Shown one piece after another: positions 9,718 through 22,594 of a stretch of 64,000 bases of DNA (position 1 is its first letter; the number at the start of each line of letters is the position of its first letter). This stretch comes from Trueperaceae bacterium. Its GTDB lineage: Bacteria; Deinococcota; Deinococci; Deinococcales; Trueperaceae. Location: NCBI GenBank assembly GCA_965213925.1, contig OZ243927.1:3488001-3552000 (forward strand). Reading direction: 5' to 3'. The position numbers and the translations under genes are program-made. Below the pieces are notes generated by a model. The model was given only the letters and a program-made list of their open reading frames with translations. It ran no database searches and had not been told where the DNA came from.

Positions 9718-10442
9718 CCAAGTCAGTAGAATCCAAGCCAGTCGAACCCAGGCGAGCAGAACCCATCCGGGCTAAGCGTCAGCAGAGCGAGCCTCAACAG
9801 AACGGGGTTCAGCAACGCGGAGTTCAACAGAGTGCGGCGCAACAACCTGAACCTCGAGCCCCCTCTCAGCAGGTATCCAATCAATCAGAAGTTCAGCCCA
9901 CGGTGAATGAGGTTGAAGCCTCGAGTCCTCCAAAACCACAACCGGAACAACGCCGCGCACCCCCAGGGCGCACGCCCGACACGCCGCCGCCCCGCGTCAA
10001 TCCCGAAGAAACCGCACCCGAACCCAAAGCGACCCCTAGCTCAGGAGAGGAGCCCGTCCCCCCTGCTGAAGACGCGGAGCCCGAGCGCACCGCGTCTGAG
10101 AGTCTTTACGGTGAAGATTTACCGCCCGACTTTTGGGACAGTGACCCTATTGCCGACATTGATGTTAAAGCCGCTACGCAAAGCGAACCCAGACCGGATG
10201 AAGTTGACTTTGAGCCGAGCCGTTCTTCACCTCAACCTTCACGACCTAGAGCGCAACCTAGACAAGAGGTGGTGGGGAAGCTTACTGACGACCCCCGCTT
10301 TGAGGTCATGCAGTCGCTCTTTCCAGGTCAGATCGTCGAATGGCAAGACAGCGAAGAGGTTGCAGACGAAGAGATGAACGAAGAAAGCGCGGATGACCTC
10401 TCGAATGACCCTAACGAGGGCGCTGACGGGTTAGACTTATAG
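9678..10442 (+). CDS. dnaX: -1 frame extension of DnaX (tau-like C-terminus); fusion 8176..10442, ~755 aa
   Basis: The -1 frame is open from the A AAA AAG site (KKVVAERADEG...) into the 9903..10442 ORF, checked codon by codon. It ends in a DDPRFEVMQSLFPGQIV motif and an acidic tail. Confidence 0.82.
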   Translation, partial: KKVVAERADEGAPPKSVESKPVEPRRAEPIRAKRQQSEPQQNGVQQRGVQQSAAQQPEPRAPSQQVSNQSEVQPTVNEVEASSPPKPQPEQRRAPPGRTPDTPPPRVNPEETAPEPKATPSSGEEPVPPAEDAEPERTASESLYGEDLPPDFWDSDPIADIDVKAATQSEPRPDEVDFEPSRSSPQPSRPRAQPRQEVVGKLTDDPRFEVMQSLFPGQIVEWQDSEEVADEEMNEESADDLSNDPNEGADGLDL

Positions 10443-10591
10443 CAGGTATCATCTGGTCAGAGTGAACGAAGTTATGCGAAGCAACGCTCTCAGTCAACGA
10501 AGCACTACACAACACGCAGGCTAAGGGATGATGCTTGCGGGCATTCATCTCAGCAAAGCGATCAAACATCGGATTTTTAGAGGAGTAACTC

Positions 10592-10903
10592 ATGAACATG
10601 CAAAAGCTGATGAAAGAGGCGCAAAAGGCGCAGAAGAAGATGGCGGAAGCGCAAGAGCGCTTGGCGAACATCTCCGTCGAGGGCAGTGCGGGCGGCGGTT
10701 TGGTCACGGCAACCGCGAGCGGCGACGGCAACATCACGGGCATCAAAATCGACCCGAGCACCGTTGACCCCGAAGACGTCGAGCTGTTAGAAGACCTCGT
10801 CGCGGCCGCCGTCAACGAAGCCCAGCGCAAAGCCAAAGAGGTCCAAGAGGCCGAGATGGGCTCCGCGATGGGCGGTATGGGCGGACTCGGGGGGATGTTT
10901 TAA
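10592..10903 (+). CDS. ybaB: YbaB/EbfC nucleoid-associated protein
   Basis: MQKLMKEAQ, GSAGGGLV and EDLVAAAVNEA motifs. dnaX-ybaB-recR synteny. Confidence 0.96.
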   Translation: MNMQKLMKEAQKAQKKMAEAQERLANISVEGSAGGGLVTATASGDGNITGIKIDPSTVDPEDVELLEDLVAAAVNEAQRKAKEVQEAEMGSAMGGMGGLGGMF

Positions 10904-10924
10904 GGGAGGTGCGCGAAAGCGTCT

Positions 10925-10977
10925 CAGCACTTCAGCTAGTCAGCATTTCAGGTTTTCCTGACTAGCTGAAGTGCTGA
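10925..10977. repeat. Intergenic inverted repeat (~20-bp arms)
   Basis: TCAGCACTTCAGCTAGTCAG ... CTGACTAGCTGAAGTGCTGA. A second AGCATCTCAG...CTGAGATGCT hairpin follows to ~11032. Confidence 0.85.
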
Positions 10978-11081
10978 CATAGGCGAGCATCTCAGATGCT
11001 GAGGCTTTCAGCCTTGACCTATGCTGAGATGCTTCCTTCGCTCAAGTTCAAACATATGCTTCCTTTTGACAGGTATCCATC

Positions 11082-11672
11082 TTGAAATATCCACCTGCTT
11101 TAATCCAACTCATTCGCGAACTCGGGCGGCTCCCCGGCGTCGGTCCTAAGAGCGCCCAGCGTCTTGCCTTTCACCTCTTTAACCAGCCCGAAGAGGATGT
11201 GAAGGGGCTCGCACAAGCCCTCTTAAACGCGAAGGGCTCACTTAAACAGTGCGAGGTCTGCTTTAACATCACCGACCAAGAGGTCTGCTCGATCTGCCAG
11301 GACGCGCAGCGCGAGCGCGGGCTCATCTGCGTGGTGGAGGAACCCGCCGACCTTTTAGCGATTGAGCGTAGCGGCGAGTACGGCGGGCTCTACCACGTCC
11401 TGCACGGCGCACTCTCGCCCATGAACGGCGTCGGACCCGACCAACTCACGATTCAACCTCTCTTAACGCGGCTCAATGATATCGACGAGGTCATCTTAGC
11501 GACTGCGACGACGGTTGAAGGCGAAGCAACGGCGATGTATTTAGGACGATTACTCAAGGAAATCGGCGTGGGAACGTCGCGTATCGGTTATGGGCTGCCC
11601 GTAGGCGGTGACTTGGAGTACGCCGACGAAGTTACGCTGGGACGCGCCATTACCAACCGCCGAATGTTGTAG
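11082..11672 (+). CDS. recR: Recombination mediator RecR
   Basis: LPGVGPKSAQRLA HhH, C4 zinc finger, toprim and EYADEVTL motifs. Confidence 0.97.
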   Translation: MKYPPALIQLIRELGRLPGVGPKSAQRLAFHLFNQPEEDVKGLAQALLNAKGSLKQCEVCFNITDQEVCSICQDAQRERGLICVVEEPADLLAIERSGEYGGLYHVLHGALSPMNGVGPDQLTIQPLLTRLNDIDEVILATATTVEGEATAMYLGRLLKEIGVGTSRIGYGLPVGGDLEYADEVTLGRAITNRRML

Positions 11673-11854
11673 ATTCGCGATCTTATATAGCAAGTATCAT
11701 TTGGTTTGAGCCAATCTTAGAGGAGAGAGCACGGCTTAGCGCGCACTTTAAGGAATGATACTTGCGTGATTCAAACTCAGTATTTACGTTAATTGCTTTA
11801 GTTCAATTGCCAGTGGAGCGAAGTAGATGTCTCGCTCCATTTCTATTGGAAGGT

Positions 11855-12613
11855 TTATCTCGAGGTATACCCCCCATCAACAGGCAACGCTACGCCGGTG
11901 ATAAAGCGGGCTTCATCGCTCGCCAGGAAGAGGGCGGCGTTGGCAACGTCCACAGGTTCAGGTGCGCCGGGAATCGGGTTCATCGTCGTGAACTGCTTGC
12001 GTTGCGCTTCGGGGTTCTCGCTGTTTTCAATAAAGTGCTCGACCAGCGGTGTCATGATGCCCGTCGGACAGATGGCGCAGCAGCGGATATGCTTATCAGC
12101 GTATTCCATCGCGGCGGCTTTGGTAAGTTGAATGACGCCACCCTTTGAAGCGGAGTAGGGAGGAATACCAGGAAAGCCAACGAGCCCCGCCGTCGAACCC
12201 ATGTTGATGACGACGCCCCCGTCACCATGCCCTAACATCGCGCTCACCCCATACTTCAACCCGTAGAAGACACCGTCCATATTGATGCTCATGACCTTGC
12301 GCCAGTTCTCCAGGCTCGAGGCAGCCGTAGGCGCTTGCTCACCATCGATGCCTGCGTTGTTGACCAAAACGTCCAAGCGTCCGAAGTGGTCCGTAGTCTC
12401 TTTGACCATTCTCTCAACAGAGCTAGCGTCGGTAACGTCAACCTGTACGAACAACCCTTCATGAAGCGATGACGCAACCTCTTGCCCCTTCTCTTCATTG
12501 AGGTCAGCGACGACGACGCGAGCGCCCTCTTCGCTGAAGCGTCGGGCGATGGCTGCGCCTAAACCGGAGGCGCCACCCGTGATGAGGGCGATTTTGGACT
12601 CGAGTCTACTCAT
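11855..12613 (-). CDS. SDR family oxidoreductase
   Basis: TGGASGLG, NNAG, YSASK and VDGG motifs. Confidence 0.93.
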   Translation of the reverse strand: MSRLESKIALITGGASGLGAAIARRFSEEGARVVVADLNEEKGQEVASSLHEGLFVQVDVTDASSVERMVKETTDHFGRLDVLVNNAGIDGEQAPTAASSLENWRKVMSINMDGVFYGLKYGVSAMLGHGDGGVVINMGSTAGLVGFPGIPPYSASKGGVIQLTKAAAMEYADKHIRCCAICPTGIMTPLVEHFIENSENPEAQRKQFTTMNPIPGAPEPVDVANAALFLASDEARFITGVALPVDGGYTSR

Positions 12614-12965
12614 ATCAGTTCCCTTCTTGCTCGAAGATGTGGCGGACGAAGTCTATTGAGTTGCTAAACGTGAAACTCACCTTAAAGGAATCCTCTGCGG
12701 AAGACTCCTGTGTACTCGACTTTGCTCTCTCAAATTATCGACGGGACAAGCTGTAGAGATGACGCAACCTAGCATTTTAAAGTGTGTTTTAGCTTAGGGA
12801 ACAACTGTTTAGCTCGAGTTAGTGACCTCGAGTGGCACAGCAGCCTCTTTTCGAACACAGCGCCAGTCTTTGTAGAGAGTAATCCATCTCACATAATAGC
12901 GTTTGAAACGCTCCATGAGAAGTTCTCCACTCACGTGAAGTTCGTCACGTTCGTATGATAGGGCG

Positions 12966-12993
12966 TTGACAAATCGTGTGGGCTCTTTATAAT
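12966..12993 (+). promoter_or_regulatory. Housekeeping sigma promoter of topA
   Basis: TTGACA-16nt-TATAAT. GGAGG SD before the ATG at 13014. Confidence 0.75.
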
Positions 12994-13013
12994 AACGTCG
13001 CAATTGGAGGAGA

Positions 13014-15941
<2,928 letters not shown>

Positions 15942-16066
15942 GATTTTGAAAGGGGCTTACGCAGTTTTGGCTTCGTCAAGGGAATCACCCCTGCACGTGG
16001 GAGCTACATGATGTTTTGCCTACTGAGAGCGTTCATGAACAGTTCCGAGCGTGAGCGAGCCCGACT

Positions 16067-16348
16067 TTGATACCGGCTGAACCCCTGAACCTCATTAGCC
16101 TCGCCAAGTCGGGCGCGGGTGAAGTTCAAGAGGTTCCACAGACTGACTTTAGAGTGCAGGTGCTTACCGAGCCGCAACCTCTTGTTTTAGAGGATGATGT
16201 GTGGCTTTTGGTGCTCGGGGGCGACCTCATCATCGACTTGCCCCACGGCGACTTTAGAACGCTCAAAAAAGGGGACAGTTTGCGGTTAAGGGCTCCCTTA
16301 GAAATGACGCTGACGCCGCTCGAGGAAACGGTTATTTTGCAGCGATGA
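16067..16348 (+). CDS. Small cupin-like hypothetical protein
   Basis: Beta-rich pattern LVLGGDLIIDLPHGDFRTLKKGDSL. Confidence 0.6.
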   Translation: MIPAEPLNLISLAKSGAGEVQEVPQTDFRVQVLTEPQPLVLEDDVWLLVLGGDLIIDLPHGDFRTLKKGDSLRLRAPLEMTLTPLEETVILQR

Positions 16349-16628
16349 GGTTAGCAGCAGAGGCGGCGGCAAGGACCTTCCTCCATCGGCACTTCCCCGA
16401 CTGCCTCTTATAGGCTGACAGTTCTAGGCTGACAGCGTCGCCTCGAGTTCGCGTTTCAAGAGGTCCTCGAGGCTCTGGGGAGACACGACTTGGACGCTCT
16501 TACAGCTCGCGCACAATTGCCAAAAGCCTAGCCGTGCGGTCTGTGCCTGCCAATCCTTGATGGAGGTCGTCGCGTGCCCTCGAAGAGAGTCAGCGGTTCA
16601 GCTAAACAGGGGGCAAACGGAGTGATGT

Positions 16629-16657
16629 AAAAAGCTCGGCTTTTGCCGAGCTTTTTT
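16629..16657. terminator. Intrinsic terminator downstream of tRNA-Ile
   Basis: AAAAAGCTCGGC-TTTT-GCCGAGCTTTTT, bidirectional. Confidence 0.85.
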
Positions 16658-16659
16658 AA

Positions 16660-16733
16660 TGAGCGATGGTGGATTTGAACCACCGACCTCGTCGTTATCA
16701 GCGACGCGCTCTAACCAACTGAGCTAATCGCTC
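16660..16733 (-). tRNA. tRNA-Ile (GAT)
   Basis: Reverse complement GAGCGATTAGCTCAGTTGGTTAGAGCGCGTCGCTGATAACGACGAGGTCGGTGGTTCAAATCCACCATCGCTCA folds as a cloverleaf with anticodon GAT. CCA is not encoded. Confidence 0.96.
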
Positions 16734-16747
16734 CCAAACAGAAAAAG

Positions 16748-16777
16748 AGTCTAGCACAGGGCTCCTCGCGGGGTCAA
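16748..16777 (-). promoter_or_regulatory. Promoter of tRNA-Ile
   Basis: TTGACC-18nt-TAGACT with an extended TG. Confidence 0.6.
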
Positions 16778-16907
16778 GCCCAAAAGCGGCAGCTTGAGCG
16801 AGCTTCACCGCAAGCCCGCCCCAAAAATAGCGCGTCCACTCTTGCTATACTCTGAGGCGTTATGCAGCAAACAACGACATATCAGGTTACTCGGAAGGGG
16901 TACTCAC

Positions 16908-18104
16908 GTGGCGAAACTTAAAAGGATTCTGAGCGAGTTCTTGCTCGGCTTGGAGAAGGACTTTCACACCTTCCGCCGCCAGTTCAACCGCTTCCGGCGT
17001 GACCGCCCCTTTGACATCGTGCCGTACCTCTCCTACGGCTCGGCTTCGCGCGTCTACCTCAAGGGGCGCGTGACGGAGGACAAGAGCCTCGCCGTCGTCA
17101 CGCCCGACACCCCACGCTGGCGCAACTTCGTCAATACCTACAAGCGCTTCGTCAACGACAAGGTGCCTAACGCCCGCTTGGAAATCGACTTCGCAGGGCT
17201 CAAGCACGAGGTCACCACGGACGTTAAAGGCTACTACGAAACCTGGCTCGAGCCCCCTCCCGACTTCACCCCGCAGGACTGGCAAGAGGTCACCCTCACC
17301 CTTTTGGAGCCGCGCCGTGAGGGGATGGAACCGGCAGTCGCGACGGGCTCCGTCCTCTTCCCCTCGCAGAGTGCGCAGTTCGGCGTGATCAGCGACATGG
17401 ACGATACCGTCATCCAGACCGACGTGACCAAGTGGCTGCGCGTAGTTGGTACGGTTCTGTTCGGCAACGCCTACACGCGCTTGCCGTTTAAGGGCGTGGC
17501 GGCCTTTTACACCGCGCTGCAACAGGGCACGCGGGGCGGACATAACCCGCTCTTTTACGTCTCCAGTAGTCCTTGGAACCTCTACGACCTCATCTTGCGC
17601 CTCCTCAGAATCGAGGGCATCCCTTTGGGTCCCATTATGCTCCGCAACTGGCGCGGCGGCGGCGGCGAACTCTTCCCGAGTGAGCACGGCTCGTTCAAAA
17701 AGGGCGAGGTGCAGCGCATCTTAGAAACCTATAGCGACTTGGCCTTTATCTTGATCGGCGACTCCGGCGAGCAGGACCCCGAGATTTATAGCGACATCGT
17801 CGCGAGCTATCCGGGGCGCATCTTGGCGGTTTACATCCGCAACGTCAGCGAGAATGAGACGAGGGCAACGTCAATTCGTACGCTCGCGGAGAACGTGCAG
17901 ACGCACGGCAGCAAACTCGTGCTTGCCGACGACACCCTAGCCGCCGCCAAACACGCCGCCACCGAGGGCTGGATTTTAGAGAGCGCCCTGCCAAAGATTC
18001 GCGACCAGAAAACGAAACACGACGCGCTCTTCGAAGAGCACGAAGAGACGGTCGCGACCGTTTACGATACCTCATCCGACGTTCAACCCCTCGAGACCCG
18101 TTGA
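16908..18104 (+). CDS. App1-like phosphatidate phosphatase (DUF2183), copy 1
   Basis: ISDMDDT, YVSSSPWNLY and LIGDSGEQDPEIY motifs. Likely GTG start at 16908. Confidence 0.85.
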   Translation: MAKLKRILSEFLLGLEKDFHTFRRQFNRFRRDRPFDIVPYLSYGSASRVYLKGRVTEDKSLAVVTPDTPRWRNFVNTYKRFVNDKVPNARLEIDFAGLKHEVTTDVKGYYETWLEPPPDFTPQDWQEVTLTLLEPRREGMEPAVATGSVLFPSQSAQFGVISDMDDTVIQTDVTKWLRVVGTVLFGNAYTRLPFKGVAAFYTALQQGTRGGHNPLFYVSSSPWNLYDLILRLLRIEGIPLGPIMLRNWRGGGGELFPSEHGSFKKGEVQRILETYSDLAFILIGDSGEQDPEIYSDIVASYPGRILAVYIRNVSENETRATSIRTLAENVQTHGSKLVLADDTLAAAKHAATEGWILESALPKIRDQKTKHDALFEEHEETVATVYDTSSDVQPLETR

Positions 18105-18590
18105 GGTGCGCTTTCGAGAACGTCTCTAGTGACTTAGAGGACTTTGGGGCAACGGCTCTACGGAACGACGCTGGTGTCAAAGCGAGGGGTTTCAACCCCT
18201 TGCTCATCGCGTGGAGACAGCGGAAGGAGAATACGGCAGCATCGGGCGTAGAACCACTACCGGAATCCGTATCAGAGGGGTGAACGCGGCTCCTCCATTC
18301 AAGAGGGGCAATAGTAAGACACATCTCAATTGCCTTAAAACGAAGCGTTGATAGCAGTTCCAAAAATACTGAGACAGATGAGCGCAGATCTCAGTTCGAA
18401 GAACTAGCGTTACGGGCAAGCCGCCCTGCCGTTGCGGGATTTCATCTCAGAATGTGCGTGCTAAACGATGCTCTTTATAGTAAGAGCGTCTCAGATCAGG
18501 TGATACCTGCTATGATACTATGACGTTCCTCACGAATAATAGATATAACATCGTAATAAAAATAGCGACACGAACGACATGGAGGGTAGC

Positions 18591-19706
18591 ATGGCAAGCT
18601 GGAAAAGAGCGATTCACAACCTCGAGGTCCGCGTAGACCGCTTCCGCAACGAGCTTAAAAACCGCTACAGCGACGACCCCGTAACCGTCCAGCCCTATAT
18701 CGGCTACGGCACGAAGGAGCGCCTTTACGTGCGCGGTCGCGTGTTGGAGGAAAAGGCGCTCTCCCAAGCAGACGCCGACGCCTCCGCCTGGGAGAACTTC
18801 GGCAGCGCCTGGAAGCGCTTCCGGAGCGAAGAGGTGCCCAAAGCCCGCGTGAAACTCCGCCTGAGCGGGCGCGAGCACGAAACGACGACCGACGACGAAG
18901 GGTTTTTCTCGCTCTGGCTCGAAGCGCCTACGCCACTGCCGCCGAGCGACGAAGGGTTTTACCACGTGGAGGCGGAACTCTTAGAACCGCTGCGCGGCTC
19001 CACGCCGCCCGAACTCGCGCGCGTCCCCGTCGCCGTGCCCGAAGAAAACGCGCAGTTCGGCATCATCAGCGACATGGACGACACCGTGTTGCAAACCGGC
19101 GCGACCAACGTCATCGGCATGGCGAAAAAGGTGCTCTTCGGCAACGCGAAGACGCGCGTCCCCTTCGAGGGCGTGTCCGCCTTTTACGACGCGCTCCAAC
19201 ACGAACAGAACCCAATTTTTTACGTGTCCAGTAGCCCCTGGAACCTCTACGACTTGCTCGTCGAATTTTTAGAGACCAACGACATCCCGGTCGGTCCTAT
19301 CATGCTCCGCGACTGGGGCATCTCCCCTACCGAACTCCTACCGACCTCGCACAGCGGTCACAAGCGTGAGGCGCTCGACCAGATTTTAGAGACCTACCCC
19401 GACCTGCCCTTCATCTTGATCGGCGACAGCGGGCAAGAGGACCCCGAAATCTACCAGAGCGTCGTCCACGACTATCCGGGGCGCATCTTAGGCGTCTATA
19501 TCCGCAGCGTCCACGAGGAGGAGGAGCGCAGTGAAAAGATTCAGACGCTCGCCCAAGAGGTTGAGAAAGCGGGCAGCCACCTCGTCTTGGCGAAAGACAC
19601 CCTGCAAGCGGCGGAGCACGCGGCGGCGCAGGGCTGGATCAGCATGGAGAGCATCGCGGAGGTAGGGCGCAGGAAGACGCGGGACGAACAAGAGGTATCG
19701 CTCTAG
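18591..19706 (+). CDS. App1-like phosphatidate phosphatase (DUF2183), copy 2
   Basis: Same motifs (ISDMDDT, IGDSGQEDPEIY). GGAGG SD before the ATG at 18591. Confidence 0.87.
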   Translation: MASWKRAIHNLEVRVDRFRNELKNRYSDDPVTVQPYIGYGTKERLYVRGRVLEEKALSQADADASAWENFGSAWKRFRSEEVPKARVKLRLSGREHETTTDDEGFFSLWLEAPTPLPPSDEGFYHVEAELLEPLRGSTPPELARVPVAVPEENAQFGIISDMDDTVLQTGATNVIGMAKKVLFGNAKTRVPFEGVSAFYDALQHEQNPIFYVSSSPWNLYDLLVEFLETNDIPVGPIMLRDWGISPTELLPTSHSGHKREALDQILETYPDLPFILIGDSGQEDPEIYQSVVHDYPGRILGVYIRSVHEEEERSEKIQTLAQEVEKAGSHLVLAKDTLQAAEHAAAQGWISMESIAEVGRRKTRDEQEVSL

Positions 19707-19731
19707 CACGCCCAGCGGTTAAAATCGGCTC

Positions 19732-20490
19732 ATGCAAAGCGCTCCGGCAGAATTTACCGCCACCGAGTCGTACGTAAACCAGCGGCGCAGGGTGGCACGC
19801 CTGACGGTCTTCTCCATCACCGTTCTATGCGCCCTCCTCTGCGCTGTGTCGCTCGTCACCTCAGTTTTGGCGCTTCGAAGCGGCGACCTCGTGCCCGGCG
19901 CGATTTTTCTAGGTTTGTTCGCGCTCGCGCTCTTCCCCATCGTCTCGAGCCAAAACCTCTACAACCGCCTAGTCGGGCAACTCGGGCAACGCCGCGTCAC
20001 CCTAGAGCGCAAGAGGCTCGTAGACGCTACTGTTCAGAAGACCAGAAGCGTCGCGCTTAAAGACGTCAAGCGGCTCGAGGTCTTGAGGAGCCGCCAAGGC
20101 GAGCTGCTCGCGTTTAACGTGCAGACAGAAACGAGCACGCTGAGCTTCGCGGGCTTAGAGGATATGGACGCGCTGCGGGAGGCGCTCTCGGGTTTGAGTC
20201 ACGTGGACGTGACGGAAGAGACCAAGTGGCTCCCCTTCAGACATACCGAACCTCAATTCGCCTTTTATATCGGCGCGGGCGCACTTCTTTTGGCGCTCAG
20301 TGAGCTGCTCGCGCCGACGATGCGCCCGTCGCTCTTCACGATTGCGATTACATGCTGGTTTATCGCTTACGGCGTGCTCGAGCTGGTTCGGAGCACGAAC
20401 GCCGACACGCAGTACCTCCGCGAGAGGCGGCGGGGCAGCTTTACGTTTATTATTTTAGGGGCGCTGTTGTTGGCGCTCGAGTGGGTCTAG
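19732..20490 (+). CDS. Hypothetical membrane protein (2 TM + soluble domain + 3 TM)
   Basis: Hydrophobic segments and a leaderless-type TAAAAT 6 nt upstream. Confidence 0.7.
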   Translation: MQSAPAEFTATESYVNQRRRVARLTVFSITVLCALLCAVSLVTSVLALRSGDLVPGAIFLGLFALALFPIVSSQNLYNRLVGQLGQRRVTLERKRLVDATVQKTRSVALKDVKRLEVLRSRQGELLAFNVQTETSTLSFAGLEDMDALREALSGLSHVDVTEETKWLPFRHTEPQFAFYIGAGALLLALSELLAPTMRPSLFTIAITCWFIAYGVLELVRSTNADTQYLRERRRGSFTFIILGALLLALEWV

Positions 20491-20623
20491 CCGTCTTTGC
20501 AGATCGGCATCTGTAGGAACTAAACATCTCGCTGAGCCAATTTTCCTACATCTTCATTCGCTACAGGAACAGCGTGATAGTTTTAGTCGATTTAGCGTCT
20601 CTCACCGCTAAACTAAGCACACT

Positions 20624-21430
20624 GTGTTCAGTAGTGGTGAGACTCGAGAATTTCGCATATCGCAAGAGCACATAGATCAGCGCCTAAAGTTGATGAGGAT
20701 TCTAACGACGACCTATGGTTTAGGCGCGCTCTTTCTGACAGGCATGTCGATTTACTACGCGATCGACATGGTGATGTTTAACTTGCGAGTCGGCTACGGC
20801 TTCACCTGGTCTGACCTCCCCTTCTTCCTCATTCTCGCAGCGCTGCCCATCTCTGTGTTCACGATGTTTATATTTGCACACAGATTCAACGCATGGATGC
20901 TCAGTAAGCTCGAGGGGCAGCGTATCAGATTTACGGAAAGCGGCGTCCAGCGGCAAAACCGTAAGCAGCAAGAGGCTATCCTCTACAGCGATATTAAAGA
21001 GGTTTACGTCAAGAGAGATCACCGAGGCGACCTTGCGCGGCTTAACTTGAGAACAGAGACGCAAGACCACACCTTTGATGGGCTTGAAGACTTTGAGGTG
21101 TTTCTGCAAAGCTTACAGGACAAGCTCTTCAAAGCGAGTGTTCATGAGCATAGGTCGTGGTGGCACGGTCTCGACAGGATTACGAACGAAAACTTCCGGC
21201 TCTATATAACAGTATGTATTGCATTAGGACTTGTCACTATCTTTCTCCAAAGCGCGTTTCCTCCTCTAATTTTCAACCTTCTTCAGGCACTTTTCACCGT
21301 GACTATCGCAATTTTCGCGCTTCTTAAACGCCCTATCTTTAACGGAATCGCTAGTGCGAATGCGCAAAGAAGATACAACGCCATTCTTCTTTTACTCGGC
21401 GCTGCCATGCTCGCCATCATCTTTTTCTAA
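20624..21430 (+). CDS. Hypothetical membrane protein, paralogue of preceding gene
   Basis: Same topology and a shared F(A/D)GLED motif. Confidence 0.7.
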   Translation: MFSSGETREFRISQEHIDQRLKLMRILTTTYGLGALFLTGMSIYYAIDMVMFNLRVGYGFTWSDLPFFLILAALPISVFTMFIFAHRFNAWMLSKLEGQRIRFTESGVQRQNRKQQEAILYSDIKEVYVKRDHRGDLARLNLRTETQDHTFDGLEDFEVFLQSLQDKLFKASVHEHRSWWHGLDRITNENFRLYITVCIALGLVTIFLQSAFPPLIFNLLQALFTVTIAIFALLKRPIFNGIASANAQRRYNAILLLLGAAMLAIIFF

Positions 21431-21467
21431 AGACGAGTCAAATGCGCCTTTCTCGGTATAGTAAAGC

Positions 21468-22481
21468 ATGATTGAACGACTTTATCTCGCCAAACCCAGG
21501 GGCTTTTGTGCCGGGGTGGTCATGGCGATCCAGGCAGTGGAAGAGGCGGCGGACGAACTAAAAGAGAAGGAAGAGGGCTTGGCGGTCTACCACGCGATTG
21601 TTCACAACAACACGGTAGTGAATCGGCTGGAAGAGGGGCGCGGCGTGCAGTTCGTGGAGGATTTGCGCGAGTTAGAGGGTGTGAAAGCTAAAGCCGAAGC
21701 CGAGGGGCGCACCCTCGCGGATACGGTCGTCTTCAGTGCGCACGGCATCAGCCCGAAAGTGCGCGAGGAAGCGGCGGCGCTGGGGCTCGCGACGATCGAC
21801 GCGACGTGCCCTTTAGTCACGAAAGTGCACTCGGAGTCGAAGAAGTACGCCCGCGAGGGCTATCACATCCTCTTAATCGGCGACTCGACCCAGCACCAAG
21901 AGGTCATCGGCACGAAAGGCGAAGCGCCCCACGTCACGACGGTGGTGAGCGTCGTCGGCAACCGCAAGAGCGACCCGGACCTCGCCGACCCGCACACCGT
22001 CAGCGTGCCCGACCCAGACAAAGTTGTGGTGCTCACGCAAACAACGCTCTCTGTCGATGACGTAGGTAAAACCATCGACATCTTGAAAGAACGCTTCCCC
22101 GCGCTCGTCATCCCGCCCTCCGATGACCTCTGCTACGCCACGAAAAACCGCCAAGACGCGGTCAAGAATATCGCGCCGCACGTCGACCTCTTCCTCGTCG
22201 TGACGAGTGACTATTCCTCTAATGGGATGCGGCTTTTGGACCTCGCGCAAGACCTCTGTGGCAACGCCAAGCGCATCGAGAGCGTGGCGGATATTGAGGA
22301 GTCGTGGTTGGAGGGCGTGCGCTCAGTCGGCATCACCTCGGCGGCGTCCACACCTGACGATTTGGTGCAGGACATCGTGACGTTCTTTCGGGCGCGGAAT
22401 AAGGACCTAAAGCTTGTCGAAGAGGGCGAGTGGGAGAACATCACCTTTCGCAAGCCGAAGCGCGTGCCTGCACCCGCATGA
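21468..22481 (+). CDS. ispH: 4-hydroxy-3-methylbut-2-enyl diphosphate reductase
   Basis: [26 protein letters not shown] and SSN motifs. Confidence 0.97.
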   Translation: MIERLYLAKPRGFCAGVVMAIQAVEEAADELKEKEEGLAVYHAIVHNNTVVNRLEEGRGVQFVEDLRELEGVKAKAEAEGRTLADTVVFSAHGISPKVREEAAALGLATIDATCPLVTKVHSESKKYAREGYHILLIGDSTQHQEVIGTKGEAPHVTTVVSVVGNRKSDPDLADPHTVSVPDPDKVVVLTQTTLSVDDVGKTIDILKERFPALVIPPSDDLCYATKNRQDAVKNIAPHVDLFLVVTSDYSSNGMRLLDLAQDLCGNAKRIESVADIEESWLEGVRSVGITSAASTPDDLVQDIVTFFRARNKDLKLVEEGEWENITFRKPKRVPAPA

Positions 22482-22594
22482 GGACGATGCGAGTAGCGTC
22501 TGGCTGCCAGATCACCTCGAGCGTAGCCCCTTCCTCTGCCGTGACCACCTCGAGCCCGACCCGCTAGCCCTCGCGTAGCGCATTGACGAGACCC

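Noticed and set aside
9903..10442. Independent 179-aa hypothetical gene
   Set aside because: It has no SD and the frame is open back to the dnaX slip site, so it is better explained as the frameshift extension.
10440..10580. Open frame continuing after the TAG at 10440 (possible readthrough)
   Set aside because: There is no recognisable motif or readthrough signal, and this length is plausible by chance.
12614..13013. Deinococcal radiation/desiccation response motif near topA (also looked near recR)
   Set aside because: No convincing 17-bp palindrome match by eye.
16660..16733. tRNA as an integration site
   Set aside because: No duplicated tRNA 3' end or integrase was seen in the window.
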